Source: Podarcis liolepis (Eukaryota). From it: 64,000 nt of DNA. The stretch is from assembly GCA_965112155.1 (NCBI GenBank), contig OZ218102.1, one strand, 5' to 3'. The translations under genes and the position numbers were made by a program. The notes under the pieces were generated by a model. It was given only the letters and a program-made list of their open reading frames with translations, did not search any database and was not told where the DNA came from. Numbering within the stretch: the first letter of the stretch is position 1; every line of letters starts with the position of its first letter. Shown piece after piece: positions 13,346 through 23,170 of the stretch.

Positions 13346-14884
13346 CACTGCTTCACCGTCTTTCATTCATTAATCACACAAGAACCCTGTAAGTAGGCTA
13401 AGTCATTATTACTCCCATTTAACAGATGAGAAACAAAAGCCCTGTGTACACCCTCCCATTCACTCTGTGTGCCTAGCACTCCCAATGCAGTGATGTACGG
13501 GCAACATGAGCGACAGTCCATACCTATCATGCTGTTTCTCATGAGATACTGTGTTTGGATGTGTCTCCCCACAAACCAGCTTTGATCTGAGTTGAGAAAA
13601 GGAGGACCCCACTGCATTTTTAACCAGTAATGTGTACACAGCCGAAGATGGAGAAAGCGCTGCACCACAAGTCACCTAGGACTTAGTTGGGATCATGCCC
13701 ACCGGCCCTCCCTAGCTTTGTTGGCCCCTTCTAGCTTGTACAATTAAAATGGAATAATCTACCAGATGCAGGCAGTTTTAAACAGCGCAAATTGCCAGTG
13801 CCCAGAAAAAGCCAGGAGAAGAAGATTGCATGGCTTGGATCCTGATTTTATATGGCTGTCGTGTTAGGCACCGGTGGTTGGCTTTCCTGCAGATGGATCG
13901 TCCTTGAAGAGCCTACAGATAATTGCTGATTAGTGCGGATAACAAGGTCCCAAGTTTCCATGTAAACCAAGACGTTAGACCAGGAAGGCCATGGAGTTTA
14001 TCCAAAATTGTGTCCCGACCCCCTCAAAGCCCCAGAGCCCCTGTTGCGTAGCTTTGTTCCTACAATTCCTAAGAAGGGAGAAAGCCACCAGACCCGGCTG
14101 ATTAATCACCAGCTTCTCAGTGTAGCAATCTGCCTTAAACCAAAGTGAAAGCACTTTGCTTAATGAAATCACTGCTGATAAAAAGGAAAGCAGGAGGGGG
14201 AGAAACTCCAGCCTATCGGAAAAGCTGGGCCAATCTGCCTTGCCTTTCCCCTGTCCCAGCCTTCCCCAACGGGTAATCTTCATTTTATTAATCTCATTTT
14301 GAGCTCTTAAGAAATAACTCCGTAGGGGTATTAGTATCTTTCAGGGAGCGCATATGCAGGAAAGGACCACCTGGAACCCAGCTGAGCAGCCACATCTCTT
14401 AGCAGGTCAGGAATGGTACTTCCCTCTCCTTTGCAACCCAAACCATTCCTACCTTCCATCCTTAGTTTGAGTGATGGCGGGCTAAGAATGATTTTTAATG
14501 CTTCCCCCCGTCTAGCCTTTCATTGTTGTTGCATGGATTCTGAGTTTCTGCGACACAGCAGGTGACAGCTCCGCTTGGATATGTCTGCGAACAGGGAGAG
14601 CGTGGGGGGTGGGCTGCTCCTTCCCAGGAGCCCATAAGCCACACAAGCGCTCATACCTAACTGCCAAGCTCTGATCACCTAATCCATCCATATGGCAAAT
14701 ATGGGGAATCCCAGACTCTTGAGCAGCTGATGCGCTTCACCCACGGGAGGGTGCAATGTTGGCACCAGAACCCCCCACACAGCATCTGCACCTTATTTTC
14801 TTTGGAACCATTCCTTGTGCTTCTAGCTGAGCACTTTGGATGTCCTTTACTATGCTCTAAACTCCTTGTATATCTTCCTGATCG

Positions 14885-15038
14885 CAGTGGCGTAGTGTGG
14901 GGGGTGCAGGGGGGGCCGGCCGCAACATCTGGGGGGGGCGCTCGCACTCGCAGCTCTCTGCCCCTACCTGGCTCACGGGTTAGGGGGCGCAAATTACTTA
15001 CCTTGCCCCGGGTGCTGACAACCCACGCTACGCCACTG
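14885..15038. mobile_element. Young non-autonomous hAT MITE (154 bp)
   Basis: 17-bp TIRs CAGTGGCGTAG(T/C)GTGGG (16/17 match). Perfect 8-bp TSD CCTGATCG at 14877-14884 and 15039-15046. CpGs retained. Confidence 0.9.
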
Positions 15039-16589
15039 CCTGATCGTCCAAAATGATAACCGCTCAGGAATTCATCCCAAATGGCTAGATTGATCCAGGC
15101 TCTCTGCTTACTTTCGCTTCCCTGCCAGTCCAGTTAGGTGAGATGACTTGCTTGCATCTGAAAGGCAAGGGGGGGTGTCTAGCACCCAGCCAACAGGGGA
15201 CAAAGGTTTGGATTTGGCCCTGGCCGAAGGGTCCCTCAGAATTTCCCCCAAAAAAGCCCCCCACCCATCCAAAGGTAGGGAGGAAGAGACCACCTATGTC
15301 TGGTCCAGTGCTGGAACCTATGAAAAGGAAGGAAGCCAGGCAAGGCTGAGATGTTGCTGAACCATAGACAGCTCTGTGTTAGCAGCTTGCTTCACGAAAG
15401 GTTGGGATCAAACTGAGGCCTGTTGTGGCTCTGTCTTCCTCCAGGCTCCACCCCCATGAAAGAACATAAAGAGTATCACAAAGATGACTAAGATCTGGGG
15501 TGCTATGGAGTCTGTAAGCACCCAAACATGAACCAGGCACTAAGGAATGTTCCCATCTGGATGGACCAGTATTTGGGAGCTGGATCAGCCCCGTCAGACC
15601 ACCTCAAACTACCCCAGGACTACTTTTTCTGTTGCTTTTATTATAGCTCCACTATCCTGAGCTGCAGTTCTTTGGTTTTCCTGGCTCCTGCACTAGTGAA
15701 GCCCCAGTGGTACCCAAGTGTCACTGTGCATCATGTCCGAAAGCCCCTCTGGATGCTTAGAAATCTTCTTGCCTTCATAATATGATCAGGCTCAAAACTG
15801 TAATCCAGTGTTTTCCCCAACCAGGTTCCCTCCAGATGTTTTCAACTACAGCTCCAGCCAGCATGCCTGTTGTCCAAAACATATGGAGTGGACCCAGCTG
15901 GGAAATGTGACTGCAAGCAGCACACTAATGGAGCACACTAGCACTTCTGTAACAGCCCTAAGACACAAGCATCATGAAAACCTCATTTTGCACAGGTGAT
16001 GGCAACATGAAAATGGTGAATTCTGCTAATTCAGAATTTCTCCCGAGTTGCTGGTTAACGTGGGCAGGTTGAAACCCTGCAGGATTTGCAAAACCAATCC
16101 CCTGTCAATGGGGCTTCACTAGACAGGCTAAGAAAGACAACGTCTGTCCTTTGTTCTGTCCTTCCAGAATCTGTACAAAACCATCTTTTCAGATGAAATT
16201 AAACTAAGCCACAAGTTGGAAAAAAATAGCCCCAGACAACCCCTTCCAACCCATCTTCAGCTTGGCTGCTGGCACCAGCGCTTTGCCACTGGCTCCTCAG
16301 ACCCTCTCCAAATGCACAGATTTTGGCACACAGGCCCTGTTCACCCTCTGTCCATGTCCTCTTGGAGACAAGCCCAGCTGACTTGGACCAGCCTCTGCTC
16401 AGCACCTCAAAATCCCCCACAAGCCATCTGCTTTGTACCACAACAGCAGCCCCCAGGCACTTCGCTGCACACATACACCTGCGCATCACAAAAACCACCA
16501 CCTCATCTTGACTCAGAGCCAGGTGAAACAGTCACAAATCAGATTCAATTAATCAGCCTAAAACAAGGGAGTTTCCAAGCCAGGAGAGC

Positions 16590-16591
<2 letters not shown>

Positions 16592-16644
<53 letters not shown>
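16592..16644. repeat. (AG)n microsatellite
   Basis: Pure AG run of about 26 units. Confidence 0.95.
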
Positions 16645-16648
<4 letters not shown>

Positions 16649-18639
16649 TTAATTAATGGGCACAGCACAGAGAGAAGTGGTGACATGCAGTATATATGGA
16701 CCCAAACAGCATAAGGCGCAGCATCCCTATAGGGCAAAATACTTGTCCTTGGAAATTTCATGCCACTGGGCTCAGTCTGGTCCAGATCAGCTTTTCTACC
16801 CACTTACTCTGAGTAGTCTCCACCATAAAACCAAATGGGTGGTGGTGGGGAGGCTCCTGCATACAGGGGCCAATATGCCCATGGACCTTTGGGGATGAAA
16901 TTAGCCCACTCAAGGCAGACATTTACAAGATTTTATGTTAACAAAGACAAACAGGGTGTCAAAATCCAGCAGCAAAATCTATATCAGTGTCAGCATAAGC
17001 AAAAGAACTCTGGAAGGGGGTGGGGTAAGATGGGGGGGAATGTAAGGGGAGGCACCTCCACACACACACTAATTCTGCCTCATGCACACACCTCTTGCTA
17101 CATAACACACACAATCGTACTCACCGCACGCATGCACACACATCTTACGTGCTGTTTAAGTATACTGTATGCACAACAATCAGATCGCTCATATTCAGGC
17201 CAGACAATAAGCTGTTTTCTGTAGAAAAAAGAGGGGAGACCTCAACGTGTGCTATTTGGATAGATAAGAAAAGAATTCTGGCTCATACTGTTGCCTCCTA
17301 CAGGGCTTAAAGCTCGCTGGTAGCCACACAGCGCATGAAATGCCAAAAGTTGTTAAAATACCATAGCCTCTGTTGTCTTTTCCCCAGGCAGACAAATAGT
17401 TGAGGGCGATCATCACACCTCGCTTTCTCCTCCCTCACACTGACAGGACCAGGTTGCCTGCGTGGCCTTACATTTCATGCTGAAAGGGTTTTTAATCACA
17501 ACCCCTCTGTGGGCTGTAGGGGGATCAGGCCAGATGCTACTTTCCGATCATATACATTAATATGCTTGGCATTCCCCAGTAGGTGGCTTGGAAGAGGCAA
17601 TATGAGTTACTGCAGTTCTTTACCTGTCACTGTAATGGAGTGAAGTAAATTTATGCCTTGACAGGGTCCCAAAGCACAATGTAGGCTGTTTCTATAGTGA
17701 TCATTCACCCGCTGCCAAAATGCAGCTGTCTCTGGGGTTGAGCACAACAGCTGTTCTGCGTCAACAACATGGCAAAGGATTTGCGAGGAGAAGCCTACTG
17801 GATGGAGGCTCAGGGAGAAGCAAGGTATGGATGAGGCAAAATGGTGACCAGAAAGTAGGTGCTACCAAGAATGGGAGACCAACTACAGCTTTATCCCTGA
17901 ACCACCAGAACTTGTGATTAATCTCCAATCGGTATTTCACATTTCTGCCTATTTCACAAGAGGCACCTTGTGAGTTGTGAAATAAATCACAAACAGTGCA
18001 GTGTGGTTAGAACCAGTCACAAAGTGTTTGTGGTCCGTGCTGGGGGCGTAATGAGGCAAAGCCAACCAACGGTTTTAGCGGAAATGTAAGGCCGCATGAG
18101 CGGGCCACATCTGCCCATAGCATACTCCAACCTTCTTCAACTGGGTATCCTACAGATATTTTGGGCTATGAGTTTCCTCAGTTCCAGTTAGTACAGCTGA
18201 TGGGATGATCATCGTTGTACAAAACATCTGGAAGACACTTGAGTGGAGAAGACTTTACAAACTGAGTGGGGTGAGAGATTGTGCTTTGCTGTTGTTTATG
18301 ACTGAAGACGTTTCACATGTATTTACAGTGCTTCAAGAAGCTGCAGGACTCATTTCACCAGAACCATAGTGAGACGAAAGAAATACATGTATGCTGCAGT
18401 CAATGATGCCTCTGTCATATTGCCACCATCTCTTGTTAAATCTATTGGGTAGAATTCAACAGGTTTTCCTCAGAGCAGACCCACAGAAATTATTGGTCTT
18501 GACTTCATTTCAATGGGCCTACTCCAAGTACAACTTGGCCTTGATACGGGTGGCTACAACAGTGGAACAGATCAGAATAACAGCAACAGCAAGGGTCTAA
18601 TACTTCATTTTCAGGTTCAGATTTGTATGACAGAAGAAT

Positions 18640-18830
18640 GGGCCGTAGCTCAGTGACAGGGCTTTGAAGGAAGAAGACCCCAGGTTTAATCCCAAGCATC
18701 TCCAGGTAGGATAGGACTGGAAATGTCTCCTATCTGAAACCCCAGAGAGCCACTGCACATCCGTGCAGACAGCACGGAGCTAGACGGGCAAATAGTCCAG
18801 CTCATTATAAAGCAGCTTCCTATATTCCTA
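18640..18830 (+). mobile_element. tRNA-derived SINE with CR1-type 3' tail
   Basis: A-box-like ggccgtagctcagtg and B-box-like ggtttaatccc, ending in ...gcagcttcctatattccta. Second copy at 59912-60217. Confidence 0.7.
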
Positions 18831-20669
18831 CACTTCTGTGCCCAGAATTCACCCTCTTCCTCACACAAAGCAGCAACTTGTAGCATCTGTGATGGCTTCA
18901 GGTGCTTTTTATAGGGTTTTGATTTCCAGGTGGCAATGGTGGAAAGCAATGTGGAAAGCAACCAAACTGGACACCCACTTGTGCAGACACTAAACAAAAG
19001 AGTCTAAACTCATGTTCCTCACCCCACTGCAAGGTACTCATCAAGAATTGTTGTGGTGGCAGTGGCATTCTGAAAGTTGCTCAGATCTGCATTACAAACA
19101 GTTGCACAGAAACGAGAAGGCTGCTTGTGCACAGTTGCTTTCCAATGTTTTAAGACTACAATTTTAGAATAGCAACCAATGGCTAAGAAATAAGATTGCA
19201 CTCTATAACTCAGGGGTGCAAAACTGGATACAGCTGATGGGTCAAATCCGTATCCACTGTGGACCAACTTTGGACATTGTATGACAACCTCAAAGTGATC
19301 GCTTAACCATTCTGTGGTTTCTTCTAGGAAAGTAAAACCTGCATGACTTGGAGATGAGATTGGACAAAGTAAAGGGTCTAGCCAGATTATTGATTCAAGA
19401 ATGCTTTCCAACATCCTTTGGAAAAAATAGGGCTGTTGCTGAGTTAGCCAGAAGCAGCACTAAAAGTGTATTGCATTTTTATTGGCATTCCAATAACATC
19501 TTGCTCGGTGCCACAGGCACAGTGATGTATGTGAATACAATCCTTGGCCAGAACATCATGATGCTTTTTAGGTACTCTCGAGGCCAAAGTCATTCTGTTC
19601 AGGATAGCTAAGGCTGTCAGGCACTTCCAGAATGAGGTGTGTCTGGAAGCACTGTGCACACACAGACACCGAGGACACATCCACACTTGCGCTTGCCCCA
19701 TGCCTAGAAAGCACAGGACTGAGCAGTTTTCCCCTTGCCCCACTCCTTTCCCAGGGAAAATTCACTCTTTAGCTTTAAATCAGAACAAACTGACATTTGC
19801 TGCAATTGAGCACCAAAGAGCGCTAAAGGGAAGGCAATGGGACAAGGAAAAGTGTGGATAAGTCTAGGCACTTTATTTGCCTTCTCACTGTGTGCCAGTT
19901 CACACAACCATCCTTAGCATGCTCATCAACACAAGGTAACTTTTTAATGACTTCAGCCTGTTTTGATCAGGCCTAGTGAATTCTCTACACACGACCAACA
20001 CTGTGCTTCACTACATTCCTAAGAAAACTTTGAAAAGATGGTTAAACCAGGGCATGTCAGGTCACAATGTGGGCTTGCACAGCAGCCCTGACCTGAATCT
20101 AGTGAAGCAAACAGACCTGCCTTTTGTCCCCATCACTGCCCCGCATGATGTCTGCAGAGGCAACCTGCAGATAAAGGGACAGTTGCCAGCACAGCACTGT
20201 CAGACAAGGAGAACTCAGCCCCCACTGCGCTTTCTTTGCAAGTCTACTGGGAGGTCATATTTTGCTGCACGTTCAGTGCAGGTGACAGTAGCTCTATGTG
20301 ATCTTCAGCCACATGGTTTGACTAGCTCCATCGCAAGTGTTCTGTTCCCTTCATTTCTTGTTTAGTCTTCTGACTAACTGCCTACCGAAGACATATACAG
20401 CAGCTGTGTCTGGGAAGAGACTACAAAGATGGGGATGAATGACTCAAGGGAGTTGGTGACAAGAGGATCTGTGGGGTGGGGGCAAAGAGACAGTTGACCT
20501 AAAATGAGGCAGGAAATATGAAGTTGTACCTGAAAACGATGGGGCAGCATAAGTGACTGAGATGGAAGGGACAGGATCTGATCCCAACCTACCAGAAGCA
20601 AGTACACCAACTGACTTAAAAGACAAAACCTATTCACTGGACAAATCCCTTTAAAAACCGAAACATATT

Positions 20670-20780
20670 GGGTGGTATTCAACTAAGTTGTACTCAGAGT
20701 AGACCCACTGAAATAAATGATCCAAACTTAGTGCTGTAATGTTCAATCCTTTGAGTAAAACGGAATTGAATAACCCCCTA
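20670..20780. repeat. Palindromic MITE-like repeat
   Basis: gggtggtattcaac...ttgaataacccc inverted ends with a ctcagagtagacccactgaa core. Related copy at ~18445-18550. Confidence 0.55.
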
Positions 20781-21383
20781 TTTCCTTTGCAGCAGCTTTA
20801 TACGTGAAGTTTAGTTCCAAGAGAGAATTCTGTCCGATTGTAAAGGGAAATGAGGAGACAGAGAATGAATCCATGATGACATCCAGAAACAGCAACAACA
20901 ATGGAGAGGCATTACTCATTTTCACTAGTAATTGTGAAGCAGAGCTCACTTTGGAAAGCACAGATTTCCTGCTTCTAACTGTGTCTCGCTTTCCTTCATA
21001 TGAAAAGAGCACACGGAAATCTGCCTGCTGAACAGGGTACTGTGAAATCAAGGCTGTTACCTGGACAGCAGAGAATTAGCAGCACAATGCTTGCGTCTCC
21101 CCAGCAGGCTCTGCAATCAAAGGTTGCAGCCTGGGAGGCACTCTATTTTTAACTTGATTTTGATTTTAAATCCATATGGACGTGTTAAAGTCACTGGAGA
21201 AATGGGAAAGTTGTGTGGGCTTTGAATTCCTACTCAGCTCAAAATATCTCCTTTCATCACATCTCTGCGGGTGAAGAGCCCATTTTGCAGGCACTGAATT
21301 GCTTAAATGACATTTAGGGGCAACAGGCGCAGCGAAAATTTGACTACTCTGCTATAGCAGAGGACCCAGTGCCTTTGACAAAA

Positions 21384-21404
21384 ACCAGCACCATGGAGAG
21401 CTAC
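21384..21404 (+). promoter_or_regulatory. RE1/NRSE (REST-binding) element in KCNIP2 intron 1
   Basis: ACCAGCACCATGGAGAGCTAC against consensus TTCAGCACCACGGACAGCGCC. Both half-sites (CAGCACC, GGA[C/G]AG) have the canonical 2-nt spacer. Confidence 0.65.
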
Positions 21405-21821
21405 AGGCCTCTGGAGGGATTTTGCTAGTCCCCTGTGCAAGGGGTTCTTTATCTACTAGGCCCTTTTCCAGGTGTGGGGAAACCACGAAGGCCCCAGGGG
21501 GCATGCCTTCCCTTAGTAAGCCAGACACACCTGAGATGCATCTTGATGCTTTACCTTGGTGTCTGGAGTAGGCAAAGGGAGTTAAATGAACCCCCTTCTG
21601 TATTATCTTCCAGGTGCTCACTTGCCTTTCTCAGGTGGGTCCCTCCATTCACTCAGGTTGCCTTGACTTGGACACGGGAGTTGGGAGAGACTGTTCATCA
21701 AGAATTCCCTTTAGTTTTGCAAAGGGGGCACCACACCTAATCCAGGCAGCAAATAGTTCTGATTGTCTGGAGCAAGGTGCATCTCCCAACGCTAAATAAA
21801 GAAGACTCATTTCTCCAGCAT

Positions 21822-21822
<1 letters not shown>

Positions 21823-21859
<37 letters not shown>
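21823..21859. repeat. Compound (TC)n(AC)n microsatellite
   Basis: Directly visible. Followed by a 14-bp tandem duplication TCCAGCCAACATGC x2 (21861-21888). Confidence 0.9.
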
Positions 21860-21899
21860 TTCCAGCCAACATGCTCCAGCCAACATGCCCTAGGTAAGC

Positions 21900-23170
21900 C
21901 ACGGGGCCAGATTTCAAGGGACAAGGTCGACATCGAGCAAGCGCCGACTTTGGCTAAGTGGAAGTTCGCACAGGGACTGCAGGTCGCCCAAGAGAGTGAG
22001 GAGGGCGACAAACGGCCATTGGTGCGTGTGTGAAGTTCAGACGGAACATTTTAGACCCGGGACCTCTACCCTGCTCCAGGTAGTTTGCCGCTAGAGGGAT
22101 GCTACCCTTTCCCGCAGCGCCCCCGAGCCGAGCGCCCTGCCAGCCCGGGAGGAACTCACCGGTTAGTTGGTCGTAAGAACCGTCGAGGTCGCGGGAGTCG
22201 GAGAGGCTCTCTTTCCTGTCCTTGCCGCGCATCTTGCGGAGCGGAGACGCCCCGGGGCGCTGGGACGGGACGGGCACCGACTGCGCGCCTCCTCTCGCCT
22301 AGCTGTCCTCCTCTCTGGCGCCCGGGATCCAGCTCCTCCCTCCCCTCCCTCCCTCCTTCCCCCCGGCGCCCTCGGCAGATCCTCCCGGCGGGGCCGGGGC
22401 AAGCGGCGTCCAGCTCCCCGGCAACAGGAGAAGCGAGCGCCCGCTCTCTCCCCTCCTCCTCCTCCGACTGCCTTCTCCACCTCCCCCGCCAGCTTCTGCG
22501 CACAGCCGCTTTCCTCCCGTTCACACGGGCGGGCTTCTACACCGGGTTAAGGGAGAAGGAGATTGCCTCCCCTGAGGCGAGCGAGACTCCGCGCCTGGTC
22601 CTTCCCGTCTTCTGTACCGCCCCACGCCGAGGGTGGCGCTTCACGCTGGAACTAACACTCTCTTTCCCGGGAGGGGAGGGTGGGGTTTTCTACCGTGCTG
22701 GGAAACTGAGGAATGAAAAAAAAAGTGTGTGGGGGGGGGGGTCAGTTAGACACGTGTCTCCTGAGGCGGGGAGACACGTGCGCCGGTACACAAATACGCG
22801 CGCCGGCGCCGCGAGGTCGCTTCCTCGACGCCCTCCCACAGTTTCAGAGCGAAGGCGCGCAAGGAGACCGCCCCCTCGGGGGCAGGCGAGGCGCGCACTC
22901 GCCCACCAGGCCTCGCGCGGAGATCCTGGAGCAGAGGAGCCGCGAGCAAAAGGGGAGAGTTCCAGCCGGGTACTATGCAAATCAAGCCCGTCCACCTGCG
23001 CTCGCAGAGGCCGGGGATGGGGCCCACCGTTTAGACTTCGCCGTTCCGAAGGCGCCTCCCTGCGCCCAGCGCGCGCTGCGTAGCGCCGCACGTGCGCACG
23101 CTTCGCCGACGGCCCTCGCCAGTACAATCCGCTCTAGAAGGCTTTCAGAGGAGCAGGTGGGACTCCGAGG
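21900..23170. promoter_or_regulatory. CpG island / KCNIP2 promoter and 5' UTR
   Basis: Abrupt GC- and CpG-rich block in otherwise CpG-depleted DNA, spanning the KCNIP2 ATG. Contains GC boxes and three CACGTG E-boxes (22751, 22775, 23089). Confidence 0.9.
22160..22232 (-). CDS. KCNIP2: Kv channel-interacting protein 2 (KChIP2), first coding exon (73 nt, phase-1 end)
   Basis: Translates [24 protein letters not shown]+G, matching the known KChIP2 N-terminus (human [25 protein letters not shown]). ATG has A at -3. Canonical donor CCG|GTGAGT at 22159. Lies in a CpG island, downstream of ARMH3 as in other amniotes. Confidence 0.96.

Noticed and set aside
16216-16656. ORF ending in poly-ER, and the poly-His ORF at 36511-36771
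   Set aside because: Produced by (AG)n and (GAT)n microsatellites.
22085-22104. CTCF-like GCCGCTAGAGGGAT
   Set aside because: Mismatch at the highly constrained C after the G-run.
1-22159. KCNIP2 exon 2 (..KQRFLKLLPCC..) or the transmembrane alternative first exon
   Set aside because: Searched by eye on the minus strand and not found. The KQR at ~4730 continues QGDAES and is unrelated. These exons probably lie left of the window.
21954-22277. 107-aa single-exon ORF containing the KChIP2 N-terminus
   Set aside because: Only 22232-22160 is exonic. The GTG-started extension and the read-through past the GTGAGT donor are artefacts of unspliced ORF calling.
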